This document shows positions 14,152 to 26,391 of a stretch of 64,000 bases of DNA, in pieces. The translations under genes and the position numbers were made by a program. The notes under the pieces are model-generated. The model worked only from the letters and a program-made list of their open reading frames with translations, was not told the DNA's origin and ran no database searches. Source of the stretch: Azolla caroliniana (lineage: Eukaryota; Plantae; Polypodiophyta); the NCBI GenBank assembly GCA_043228905.1, contig JBHGNT010000090.1:1-64000 (forward strand). Reading direction: 5' to 3'. How positions within the stretch are numbered: the stretch's first letter is position 1; every line of letters starts with the position of its first letter.

Positions 14152-14763
14152 TGTTCCGAAACTTAGTAGCACTCAAACACTTATGTAAAACAAAAACTAT
14201 GTTGTGCAAGATTTAAAAAGAAAACAAGAAAGATACACAACAAATCAATACACAATACACCACAAATTTTTAACGTGGAAAACCCTCAAAGAGGTAAAAA
14301 CCACGGGACCTAGTCCAGAACTAATTCACTATCAATATAAATCTGATACACCAAAGTTCTACTCTAAACAAGTTAGAGTACTATGAGAAGTCAAGGAATA
14401 TGATGTTTCCTCAAAAATAAAAACTCAACAAAAAGGAACGCAAAAACCACCAAAACTCACAACACGTAGCTGATGACGGAGGCGACGATGTCCAGATGTC
14501 TGAGTGTGTTGGTGTACTTGAGAAAGATTGAAGGAATCAGCTAAGAAAGAGAGTATGGGCTCTCTGAAATCTGTTTTTCTCTGTTGCTACAGAGAAATGC
14601 TCGTTTTTCCCTTTTTAACACACTCAAAAAAGAATGAGTTACATAGTGTAGATATGTAATGTCTTCTTGTGTGAACCCCTTTCACACTATTTTAAAATCT
14701 ACAAGCTTTGGGCGTCCAAGGCCCATTTTATTTACTTATTAATGTGGATAGAAAAACCTAACA
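14152..14763 (-). repeat. 5' LTR of the Copia element
   Basis: TG...CA termini, directly next to the PBS; direct repeat of 9504-10115. Confidence 0.95.
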
Positions 14764-15239
14764 ACAATGCCACCTTATGAACTGCCATTGTTGTTGCGCT
14801 TGTTCTTGTTCATTTACTAAAACCCCTTTGTGAAACCCAACTTAATAACTCAAATCACTATTGATTGGGCCACAGAATCTGAGGGTCTACCGATTGGCAA
14901 GAAAGGGAAGGGAGAAAGTCGTCGTGAACATTACCTCCCCCCCCCGCTTGTTTTTTACATAAGTTAATGTCAACTTGAGGTGTCAATTGAGTGAATGTGA
15001 AATGAGGAGGCCCACTAACCTGAGGCCATGGACATAAATCTCATGTGGACATCGACAAGAGGGGCGGGAACGACCCCCATGTGGGAATAGAAGTGTGCTA
15101 TGTGGGGATTGGAACGAAGCTTTGGACCTACCCTCCCCTTCAATCCATGTGCAATTCTCGAGGGCTGAAGGCTTCAACGAAAGGGCTAGGCGTTGCTCTA
15201 ATCTTGAGAGCTATCTATCTAGCTCTTCTTGAGACCCTG

Positions 15240-15694
15240 TAGGTATCAAGCGGCAACGGTTTGGTTTGAACCGAAACCGAATTGTGAAACTGTGGTTTAA
15301 CGGCTTAACAGTTTCAACGGTTCGGCTCGGTTTCATCAGTAAAAAACCGCGGTTTAAACGGTTTAACAATTATTTATTATTTATTATTTATTTATTATTT
15401 TAAAAAATTGTAAAAAATTTTAAAATGATTTTAAAACAATCTTTTCATTTTTAGACCTTATTTTCACATTTAAGAAACATCTTTAAAAAAAAAAATTTTA
15501 ATATTATAAAATTTAAAAAATTTAAAATTTGACCTATGTTGAAAACCGAAACCGAACCACGAAACCGCAATTTTTATGGTTTAATGGTTTAACGGTTTCG
15601 CGGTTCGATTCGGTTTGGTTCAGGTTTCAAAAAATTTAAACGGTTCGGTTTGGACCCTCTCGAACCGAACCGAACCGTTGCCGATTGTTACCTG
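15240..15694. mobile_element. hAT-like MITE (non-autonomous DNA transposon) in the VPE promoter
   Basis: Terminal inverted repeats: left TAGGTATCAAGCGGCAACGGTTTGGTTTG; right end reverse-complemented CAGGTAACAATCGGCAACGGTTCGGTTCG. Subterminal AACCG/CGGTT arrays and an AT-rich core. No clean TSD. Confidence 0.8.
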
Positions 15695-15855
15695 CAGGCG
15701 CTTTTTTTCTTTCACTTATCCAAAGAGGAACATCTCTTCCTAAGGCAGGATAAAAGGATGAGGAAAAATACATGTCTTTGGGTTTGATTATGGTAAAGTA
15801 GTCACAGACGACTTTCTCACTTCAATCAATCGCTCGCACGCGCACACACAGAGAG

Positions 15856-18800
15856 ATGGTATCTATGAAGGGTGCCCTTTTAGGGTTTCTTTTAGCTACT
15901 GTATTAGTACAGGTAGAATCATCATCCAGGTCTTATCAGCGCCTCTCTTCAGTTGGGATTCAGAGTGATGGTATCATATTGTTGCCTACAGATGAAGCTA
16001 CTACAGATTCAGATTTCAGTACACGATGGGCCATCTTAATCGCGGGTTCAGCAGGGTATTGGAATTATAGACATCAGGTATTTTTCTTTATCTTTCATTG
16101 GCAAATCTGTTTTTTTTTCGTTGTTTCCTTTTATATTTATGGTAAAATCCTTCTCTTTCTTGACCTTTTTTTTTATGGTGATAATAATCAATCGCCAAAG
16201 GCCGATGTTTGCCATGCCTATCATGTGTTGAAGAATGGAGGCTTGAAAGATGAGAACATTGTGGTCTTCATGTATGATGATATAGCAGATAACGATTACA
16301 ACCCTCATCCTGGCGTGATCATCAATAATCCCTTGGGAAGTGATGTGTATGCAGGTGTTCCCAAGGTATATGTCTTTATATAGGTGCTAGAATTATATTT
16401 AGGGCAAAACATCATAATAACCTGAATATTTACCAGAAAACCTGTAGGGTTTCAAAATTTGGCAGAATTTCCTCTCTAGTAGCAAACTCTGCATTATCTA
16501 GTTGTCCAGGAAAGTTTTGGGTCTTTTTTGCCCTTGTATGTGTTCCTTGCATTATAAGGGAATATTTCTCATAGATTAAAACAATGCGCCAGGATTACAC
16601 TGGAGATGATGTGACAGTCGACAACTTCTTTGCTGTTCTTCTTGGAAACAAGAGCGCGGTTGTCGGTGGGAGTGGGAAAGTTGTCAATAGTGGTCCCAAT
16701 GACCACATCTTCATCTTTTACTCTGATCATGGAGGTCCTGGAGTGCTAGGTATGGGTTTCATTTATTTTCATGAAAGGAAATATAAGTAGTTTACATGTT
16801 CTTTCTCAAGCCAAGCATAAGAAATTTACATGACCCATGGATTATCCATATATGAAGAAAGAAAATTATTATGTCTGACTTAGAAACATTGACTAGTTTC
16901 ATAATATTCTCGTTCTCTTTGTTTATCTTGGAGTTTTGAACTGCATTAGTTCCGTGGAAGAAGAGAAAGCTAATGAGAGAAACTTAGGTCCTGAGGGATT
17001 TCAAGTTTGTGTATGGTCTCCACAAAGATACAAAATCCTCATTAAGTTATTTACTTCACCATGAGGATGAATTTTCCTACCACATGAATGTATAGGTTAG
17101 CATGGAAAAACACACATCTAAAAACAAACAAAACTCGATTTCTTTTACTATGTAAATCTTTTGCAATGGCCATGTAGCTGCTCAAAATCATAGTCAACAA
17201 GGAAAATGAGAACATAGTGTTGCTGTCAGTGAGGAAGATTCTCCTATTTAAGTTATAATGTCTTTCTTTGTACCTGCACATTTTAAGAATCATGTGACAA
17301 GGATATTTTCTGACCTCAAGGTTGCATTAATTAGCTTGGAAGCATCTTGAAAAGCAGCTGGTTTTTTACTTTGATTTTTCTTTCACCCTTTTGCTTCTGG
17401 ATAAGTTTTATATTGCTCTATGACCTTCATGATAAAAGTTTGTTTCGTGATTAACTGATGTTTAGTTTGTAAATGTCTTTTAGGAATGCCAAGCAATCCT
17501 AATTTGTATGCAGATGACTTCGTCAAAACTTTGCAGCAAAAGCATGATGCTTCAGCTTTCAAAGAAATGGTATATTTTCCAGGCGTGTTCTTTCAGGCAG
17601 TAGTCTTAGGAGAATCTTAATAGTGGACCCTTCATGCGAATGCCAATCTTGTAATTCATGAGGTTCATAACTTCATCATAGGATAAGAACTTCCTGTTAT
17701 GATGGAAGACTGTTGGTTATAATGAGACTAGTATCCATATTTGCTATATAAGGCCAACGGTTACTCATTTACGTATATAAGGGAAATAATTTTTGTTTTG
17801 TCTGTGATATAGGTCATTTATGTGGAAGCATGTGAGAGTGGAAGCATATTTGAAGGGCTGCTCCCTAATAATTTGAATATATATGTTACAACGGCATCAA
17901 ATGCAGAAGAAAGTAGTTGGGGAACATATTGTCCTGGCATGGAACCTTCACCACCAGCTGAATATTTTACATGCCTTGGAGACCTCTATAGTGTAGCTTG
18001 GATGGAAGACAGGTATACTTCTCTCATTATTTTTTACAACAAGAAATGCACAATAAGATTATGCTAAACAGCAAACATTTTTGCAATTTCAGTGAGATTC
18101 ACAATCTGGAACTGGAAACACTGAAGGATCAGTACAATATTGTAAGGGTCTTAACATTATAAATTTTTGATGTAAAACTGACAGTGAAAAGGACTTCAGA
18201 AATCATTTTAGTTCTAAATATAACAACCCAAAATTGTACACCTTCTAAACTACTTGATTACGTATTGTAAGCATAACTTATAAATGCAAGATAACTTGTA
18301 TTCAATCAGTGGGTCCATAGCTTTATGTATTTAAGTGTGTCAGCCTCCATAGTACAAAACTATTTGGATCTAATGTGCATGTGTATATATCTAGATAGAT
18401 AGGTAGATATACATATTGTATGAGCTGGTCATTCCCACATTGACAACCTCACATCAGCAACTTAATATGCTACTTTGATCCGTATCACTAGATTCATAGG
18501 TCAACTTAATATGCTACTTTGATCCGTATCACTAGATTCATAGGTCAAGCACAGGATAGGTGACTTTGTCATTGACCAAAGATGTTTTATCCCTCCATTT
18601 TCATATGCCTGCTCTTTAGAAAAGTATGCAGAGGTTAGATCTTGCATATGGCAATTACTTTCTAGTCATTGTAATATCTCCTTTTTCCAGGTTAAATCAA
18701 GGACCTCAAACGAAGAAACATACATAACTGGCTCACATGTGATGAAATATGGGGATGACAACATCAGTGCTGAAAATGTATACGTGTATTTGGGTAGTGA

Positions 18801-19696
18801 TCCTGCGAATGCAAACAGTTCCTGGTCCCATGAGGATCTACTTTCTTCTATAAATCTACATTTCAGCAAGGGGAGCAAGTTTCAAGGTGTGCATCAAAGG
18901 GATGCTGATCTGCTGTTTCTTTGGCACAAGGTATGTTTTTCGCCGTTTATATGTATGTCGTGACATACTTCATAGGGCTTGCTTTCAGCAGTGTTATTTA
19001 TATTGGATATCCACACCAAGGGGAAGAAAAAAATGATTGGATTGGAGATGGAAAAATATCTGTTTATTATGTTTATAGAAAATTTACAACTGTAGAGATT
19101 TTGGTATTATTCATACTGCTTCACCTAAAGTTCGAGGTGTTCTATATCAAATATTTTGATGTTTTTTTATGTGAAAATCAGTTTAAGATGGGGAAAGAAG
19201 GTTCAAATGAGAAGATAGAAGCGCAGAAAGAGCTAGTTAACGAGATGTCTTACAGAATGCACCTGGATAACAGTGTAACACTCATTGGAAAGATTCTTTT
19301 TGGCGATGAGGAAGGCCCGAGAATTCTGAATGCAATAAGACCACAGGGCACTGTCTTGGTGGATGATTGGTCGTGCTTAAAATCAATGGTAAATATGAAA
19401 TGACTGATTTCGTATTATGTTTTAAGAAAAATAAATCAGGTAACCTAAGAATTTTAAGAAAAAGAATTCAGGTGCGTTGTTCAGTTTCTAACCCAAAGAT
19501 TTTGATTCAGATTCGTACCTTTGAGTTGCATTGCGGGTATCTGGCCGATTATGGGATGAGACACACAAGAGCATTTGCAAATATATGCAATGCAGGAGTG
19601 GCAACTAATATATTCTCAGAAGCTGCACACGAGGTCTGTGCAACGAATGAAATATCAAGACGGTTAAATCCTCTTGAGCTTGGATTCAGTGCTTAG
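15856..19696 (+). CDS. VPE: Vacuolar processing enzyme / asparaginyl endopeptidase (legumain, peptidase C13), ~503 aa
   Basis: Exons 15856-16077, 16201-16365, 16593-16749, 17484-17569, 17813-18012, 18093-18141, 18691-18930, 19182-19388 and 19511-19696 (1512 nt, all GT-AG). Signal peptide, [25 protein letters not shown], catalytic His (YSDHGGPG) and Cys (EACESGS), and C-terminal cap domain ([27 protein letters not shown]). Confidence 0.96.
18458..18548. repeat. Perfect 44-bp tandem duplication in VPE intron 6
   Basis: CAACTTAATATGCTACTTTGATCCGTATCACTAGATTCATAGGT occurs at 18458 and 18502. Confidence 0.9.
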
Positions 19697-21230
19697 ATGC
19701 TTTGCTTTGCATGGACTTTCTTGTGCATTGTATATTGTTTTGTTAAAAGACATTGTGTACAGGAGTGACAAGCTATTTTAGACAACATTATTCACTTGTG
19801 TATTACTCATTCTTCATTTGGAATGAATAACATTCAGTAGTAAGTCATTCAATACAATGCCTAGAAAAAGCTGAGAATAAGCTACACTACTGCTTGTGAT
19901 TGATGTATGATGATTTGTATGGATATTCACTGAAGTTCTAAATATCTTTTTTATGTGTTTATGCACTGATATCATGTTGTACTTGAATCCCTATACGAAA
20001 CCATTAGGATCTCCTTTCTCTATATCCGCTAATTGAATATATTAAAACATAGGATGAGATAATCATCATATGTTTGGTTGCAATTTTCATCTGGCATGCG
20101 GCATATAGTTTCAGAATGTGTACTCACGACATGATATTTATCTCTTCATTTCTTCTGTCTTTTTATCCCTGCTAATCAACTTGAGGCTTTGTGCAATCAA
20201 TTTCTTGACTTCATCTAGGCAGCTAATGACCGACAATAGATTTCTCATATTTCTGCTGTCATAACCTACTCTTTCTTGTGTCATATTGACTCTTTGAGTA
20301 GAAAACATGAGGATGTAATGGTTCTGCCAGGACATGCGGTGTTTTAATGAAATGGTAAATAAATCTGAAGCTCCTTTCAACACTTAAATAATTATGTTCA
20401 CAATCCTTCTCAATATTGATCCCTATTATACAAGTAATACAAAGGTAAAAAAGAAGTTAACATTGTAATTTGAAGCAAACAGGACTGAAGACTTCATAAT
20501 AACCATCAAGTGTTATCATTTGTTGTGAAGCGAGGCAAAACGTTCCATCCACTGTGATAAGTATCATCATAGATAAAAGGTATGTAGGGGTATCATTGCC
20601 AGCAACCATGTACACGCTAGGTGAACTAGAAATATTGAAAACATGAATTAATTTGAAGTGATTTAATCAGTTCCCGATGGAAGAAAAGAAATCACATAGG
20701 AGATCAAAACGTAATGCATTAATCAGCTGCAATTTTCAGATACTGTTTTAGAAGAAGTTTAGTCATACTGTGAAAAACTTTGTGAATTGATGAGGCATGG
20801 TCTCTGAAAAATAAAATGGACATTTAAGCAGGGCGAACCCATAGTATATCAGAGAGAGAGAGATAGAGAGCGACCAAACAGCAATCAATACTAGCAAAAA
20901 TAAGGCCATTGGCATAATATAATTACAAGTTGAATCGGATCTTCTGTTCTACAAGGCACTTTATATTAGGTAAAACATGGCCTTGATCAATTAACCCAAC
21001 TGCACATTCATTTACTAATAACCCGGAACACCAATAAAGTTCATCACAGCATGAAAGATGTTGTATTAATTACATCTTACATAACAACATTTGAGCACTA
21101 CAAACGAAGATTTATTAATTAAAAATTAATAGAGACGGCCAGCCGGCCATTCCCTTCTTCCTTCTGATGTCCGTCCCAAGAGTGGTGATCAAGATATTGA
21201 AGCAGAGGGAGAGGGAGAGGGAGAGGGAGG

Positions 21231-22517
21231 CTATTTGACAAGGCCAAGGTTGATAATGCCCCATGAAGAGTTGGGCCAAGTCTTGAGTTTGGAGTTGGCG
21301 AGCAGGACACGAGACCAGGCAACCCAAGCTTCCCATGACACACGTTTGTCCCAATTGGTGCCCCACTGCAATAGCAGGGTGAGGCCTCGCCGGGCCTCCT
21401 GCTCTGCTACCTCGAATTGGCCCCGCGATGCATGTATCTGCGCCAGGAGCACATGAGGCTCGCCAATCCATGGGTTGAGCTTGCATGCACGACTTAGAAG
21501 CTCCTCCCGCCGCTGCCCCCTGGAGGATGATTGCAAACCATCCCCTCCACCTTCACCATCGGTGTCAGAGTCCGAGAGTTGGACTGCTTCCCAGTATGCA
21601 TCGCGCGCCTGTATCTGGTGATCGGGATCAAGTATCTGTGTGCACCCATCAAAGATGGGAGGAAGCTGCTCCAGGTTCAAGTAATGGTATGAGTTGCTGG
21701 CTCCACCATCTCTGTCACAGGCTGAGGTTGTTGCCTTCCTCTCTTCGCGTACGATGAGGTGGAGGAGGAGGCCCATGCGAGAGATGGCAGACATCCAGAG
21801 ACCTGGTTTGCCATTGCCGGGCCAAAGGGCTGCCCAGTTGTTTCCACTCCACCGGAGGTTCCCATCGTGATTCCCGAAGAGCGAATCCTGCCACCCAGTG
21901 AGCTGGTCAATGAAATCGGCCATGGTAAGGAGCAGAAAGAAGGCGAGGACGGATCTGGGGAGGTGCACATCGTGGCCGGTGCGGATGTGTTGGACGGTGA
22001 GACCTTCGGGTGGGGGGATGAGGTCGTGGACGGGACGGGAACCGGCGAGGGCGGCCAGCAAGTCGGAGTCGGAGCCCGACTTGGCCAGGAGGTCGTCATG
22101 GATGAGCGCGTGGCGTGGCACGATGCAAAAGAGGTGGATGAGCGTCTCGGCCTCGGGGCCAACGAGATCAGAGACACGGGTGCGCTCCACATCGGGTTGA
22201 AAGATGGCGAGGTTGACATAAGAGTTGGAGTAGGCGGAGTGGAAGAGGCCACAAAGGGCGACGGGGTCGGGAGCGTGCCACAGCTTGAGGATGCGGTACA
22301 CGTGTTGGAGGTGCTCTAAGAAGGTCCCATGTTTGTGCCAACATTCGGCGGCGCCGGTTTCTCGGAGGACACGCACAAGCGACGGCAACAAAGGGTCCAC
22401 ATCCTCCACACATCCTCTCAAGAAGGGTCGCGCACCCGCCAATAATAATCCTACATGCACCTCCTCCTCCTCCTCCTCCTCCTCCTTATGCACCATCTCT
22501 GCTTCTCCCTCTCTCAT
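21231..22517 (-). CDS. Intronless uncharacterised DUF6817-like (HD-like) protein with a C-terminal TPR-like region, ~428 aa
   Basis: The open frame runs 21231-22637; the first ATG is at 22517 (MREGEAEM...). Motifs CWHKHGTFLEHL, GLFHSAYSNSYVNLAIF, MADFIDQ, LWPGNGKPGLWM, NPWIGEPHVLLAQ and WGTNWDKRVSWEAWVAW fit a conserved plant protein of unknown function. The DUF number is from memory. Confidence 0.85.
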   Translation of the reverse strand: MREGEAEMVHKEEEEEEEEVHVGLLLAGARPFLRGCVEDVDPLLPSLVRVLRETGAAECWHKHGTFLEHLQHVYRILKLWHAPDPVALCGLFHSAYSNSYVNLAIFQPDVERTRVSDLVGPEAETLIHLFCIVPRHALIHDDLLAKSGSDSDLLAALAGSRPVHDLIPPPEGLTVQHIRTGHDVHLPRSVLAFFLLLTMADFIDQLTGWQDSLFGNHDGNLRWSGNNWAALWPGNGKPGLWMSAISRMGLLLHLIVREERKATTSACDRDGGASNSYHYLNLEQLPPIFDGCTQILDPDHQIQARDAYWEAVQLSDSDTDGEGGGDGLQSSSRGQRREELLSRACKLNPWIGEPHVLLAQIHASRGQFEVAEQEARRGLTLLLQWGTNWDKRVSWEAWVAWSRVLLANSKLKTWPNSSWGIINLGLVK

Positions 22518-25500
22518 TTGAATCTCCTCCTCTTCTTTAATCTTTCTTCCTTGAGAAGGTCCTTTGTTTCCTTCTTCCTCTTCCTCTTCCTCTTCCTCTT
22601 CCCTCAGAAGGCCCTTTGCTGTTAAACAAATTTTCACGTACGTCTAACTAAGCATTAATCCATCCTACACCGCTATTAATATTATGATGATGATCTATCA
22701 TCTCATCTCATCCAACTTCTTTTGGGTAATTTACAAAAGTAGGCACACAGCTCTTCCTCAGCCTCATCCTCATCCTCATCCTCCTCAGCCTTCTTGTTGT
22801 GAATAATGTTGTAGTTGCGTTCTGTTTCCCCCCACCCTATATTCCCTTTCCAAAAAAGACATGGAAAAAGCTCCAAAAAACAAGCTTGCTTTTATTTTAT
22901 TTTTTTTGGGGGGGGGGGGGATTTCCTTCCTCTTTTTTTTGGTTGGAACTTGGGGGCTGTTACAATTGGCATGTTCTCATTCTTTTTCCAATTCCTTTTT
23001 CAACAATATTGTATCATTACCAATGACTATCATGGCTGCCATTCGTTGTCATCGTCACCGTGTCTCGTCTGGAATGTTCCTGTGGAGCCACCACCAATAC
23101 ATGTGTGTCAATGGGACTCGCATCAACACCAAATATTGACACAACTAATACCATATCGGCTTGCCAATCAAGAATGGGTGTACTGCATAATCATAAATGT
23201 TGATACCATATTGACGGACGAAATGGAATGCAAAAATTGGCGATTGTAACGATAATCTTTGATACAACAAGTGAACAACGATAATGGAGCTATTGTAATT
23301 ATGCTAAGCATGGAGGAAACTATCTAAATTAGGCAAAGGAACATGCGAATTTGTCGAGGAAAAGGAACATCTCGCTTATGTTGGGGACTTTCAAGGCTTG
23401 GAACCCTTATAAAAAATGGGGTTGAGCCCCTCTTTTTGGCGATAATGTCCTCGAGAGGAAATTGTAATATTAGTTTTAGCCTTGGATACAAGACTTGTTA
23501 TCATTTTATAAATATTTGGATGTAGAAGTTTATTTTTGTTCTTTAGCCTAGTTCATAGCAATACCATGTACCATCATTCTTAAGAATACCCATGTATGGA
23601 TTTATCTAAGTGACAAACTACAAAATTTCTAGACCCTTTCTTTCTTCTTGCGTACAAGCTCTTTGTACCTAGAATAACTTGTTTACTGCATTATAACGCA
23701 ACAACGCACATAAAATAACTCAGATATTGAGTAATAACTAGTATTTTTTCTATCCAGAAGTGCTTTAAAATGGATGCTCAACCTTTACCTATGTATCATT
23801 GAGTCCACTTTACCTATGAACCTATTTTTGTGAAAATACATTCTTGAATGGTTTGTCCTAGTTGAAACAATGAAAAATACATAGTGAGCTAAATATTAAT
23901 CTAGAAAATGTCCCTTTGCTTTTCATAGGTTAATGAAGGCATCTTAGAGGCACACGAAAAACAAAGTTTTTGGAATCATTAGCACTTTATGCAAAAAAAG
24001 AAAAAATAAAGGAGCATATAACAATAGTAAAATTGCGAAGAGCTATAACCACCATTCCTACAAAAGAACAAAGGGTACACATTAAAAGTAGTGGTTCACA
24101 AATTCACGAGTCACCACCATCAATGAAAAATTTCTAAACGCGCATTGAATGCATATTTTACTCAAAATCAAGTTATTTTTGTTAGATTCTCTATCTCCAG
24201 AAAAGAATGCACATGGTCCCTATAATTGTATTTCGCCTACTCGTTGCAATTTGTATAAGAAAACCATGCAAGATTAAGGTTTTAATTTGCACCACAATTG
24301 AATCAAGAGATTAATTCTTTGTTTTTTAAAATGGGATCCTAACTTGAAGTTACATAGCCCAATTTGCTTGATTATAAAGGTTCTTATGAGTGTGCTAGAG
24401 CTACAAAGAGTTGAACCAAAGCTCTATATGTTTAACCCTTGATGGCATGAAATAACTATGAGAGAAATAACAAATCATGTGATGTCCTTTATGCAATGAA
24501 GCCCAATTAGTTATGCTAAATGAATAAGTTACTATAAACTTTTGAAAGATAGGAACAGAAGGTTACAAGCATCAGTTGAGATGTAAGTTTTGATGAATAG
24601 TCACAAGTCAAATATCTAACATAGAATTGCAAGAGGTGTTAAGTGGATTGATTACATTAATGAAGGGAATGCATGCAACTATAAGGCATAAAGAAATAAA
24701 TGATAAAAGCATCAAAGGGAAATGTACTCCTGAGTCATTGTGATATATATATATATATATAGAAGCCATTGTTATTGTGTGTGACCGACTTGCTACAAAG
24801 AACATCAAACACATAGAAACTAGAAGTCCCAATCATACGCTAGCATATCAAAATAAATGAATAAGAAACACATTGTTTGCCCAAACTTTGTTAAAGGTTT
24901 CAAGAATCCTTGCTTGGGAAAGATCATATGGTGGTGTGTGTTCTACGTTACATTTGAGAATGCCCAAGATGGTACCTTGTGAGAAACGATATAACACAAT
25001 AAAGTAGTTGAAAGATAAAATTACATTCCAAGACAAGGAATATTAATTTTTTGCAAATCTTGAACCAAGTAAAAATTACTTGATTACCTCTATTTCCTCA
25101 TTGATTGGCAAAAATGTCCATCTCATTAACTATGATCTCACGAATTCGATTATTGTGTGACATAATTTTTAGATCTTTTGCATGTAGGCTCATCACAAAT
25201 GCCATCATTTTCCATTGGATTGCATTTTGCCACTATGAACCATTTGGATAACTTGAAAATTATTCTGTATTGGATAAATTGCTTATTGTTAGACTTTCAT
25301 TTCCTTTTAGTGCTCTTATGAGACAATCTATTTACAATTGTCCACAATTTGCAAAAATGTCTCCACCAGATTTTGAGCTTTATTTTGAGTGTTTGTCAAC
25401 ATTTGTATCTTCTTCATTTTTGTGGGTTTTCGTTTACGTTTTCTCATCGACAATATATGCATTGCAAAAAGCAAAAATATAGTCGGGTGAGAGAAAACAA

Positions 25501-25572
25501 ATTCGGTTTTCTAAGAGGGAGAGGTGAACAAACAATGTTGGTGGAATTTAAGTTGGATTTCCATCTAGTTTA

Positions 25573-25944
25573 TAGGAAGTAGTAACGGTCCAGTTTCGGC
25601 TTAACCAATTTGGTGTGGATAAGGCCAAACTGGTTAAGCCTTAATCGGTTTGAGAGTTTTCAAACTTGAACCGAACTGGTTCCTAAACTAGTTAAGGCTT
25701 AACCTAGTTGGCCAAACTTGTTAACACAAAACCAGTTTAGTGACCAATTTGGCCAAATTGTTTAACATTAACTTGTTTAGGAACCAATTAGATCCTAAAC
25801 GGTTCAGTTCAGTTTGAGCCTTGCCAAAGCAGTTCAAACCGGTTAAGGAGGGTCAAGCATGAACTATGCCAAACTTAACCGCCAAACTATTTTAAATCAG
25901 TTTAACAACGGTTTAAGCTTTAGTCGAGTCTTTGTCAACTCCTA
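25573..25944. mobile_element. Degenerate hAT-like MITE, copy 1 of an inverted pair
   Basis: Ends TAGGAAGTAGTAACGG...CTTTGTCAACTCCTA; 8-bp flanks CTAGTTTA / CTAGCTGA (6/8 match, hAT-size TSD); rich in AACCG/CGGTT. Confidence 0.7.
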
Positions 25945-26391
25945 CTAGCTGAGATGGTAGTGACATCAAGCTTCTTCACTTAGTAGGAAGGGCAAGTCTT
26001 AGTAATGGGAGGTTCAAAACTTGACACATTGCATTGTTGATTCAAGTTGGAATCTTAAGAACGATGATTGGAGGATTTCTATATGATAATGGTGATGCTC
26101 TTGAAACAATAACAATAGGAGGAAAGCAAAGGCTATTCATAGATTATTAGGCACAAATACTCCTTTTAATATTGAAGAAAATTTTGTGGCAAAGGAAATA
26201 GCTTGAGAGAAGTGTTTGGATAATATATATGATAGGAGAACTACATTCATGGCGAAGGAACTTGGGTTCATATATACATTCAAAAGGTTGTCCCCATGCT
26301 TGAAAGAAAGCCATCTTTTTGTATGCAAAAGTTCTATTTTTTATCCCCCCCTCCGCCACCTAATTTTGACGTCACTAGGAGCTCTAGCTTT

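Larger units (their letters stand above)
9504..14763 (-). mobile_element. Full-length Ty1/Copia LTR retrotransposon (Tnt1/Tork-like), inactivated
   Basis: Two 612-bp TG...CA LTRs (9504-10115, 14152-14763). PBS TGGTATCAGAGC on the - strand at 14138-14149; PPT GAGGGGGAGAT at 10116-10126; near-TSD GCAAT (9499-9503) / ACAAT (14764-14768). Domain order gag-PR-INT-RT-RH. Confidence 0.97.

Noticed and set aside
9556-14386. Two near-identical 60-aa ORFs (9556-9738 and 14204-14386) that look like a duplicated small gene
   Set aside because: Both lie inside the two LTRs, start at GTG, and are antisense to the element.
16720-17940. Possibility that the VPE is a butelase-type peptide ligase
   Set aside because: The ligase-determinant positions are protease-type: Gly-Pro after the catalytic His-Gly (SDHGGPG) and a Gly gatekeeper (SWGTYCP). 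No cyclic-peptide precursor is visible nearby.
21115-22521. Several long overlapping ORFs on both strands over the DUF6817-like gene
   Set aside because: Expected shadow ORFs of a GC-rich coding sequence; no independent motifs.
23300-25500. Possible decayed DNA-transposon coding sequence
   Set aside because: No catalytic motif or termini could be identified by eye; needs a translated search against a TE library.
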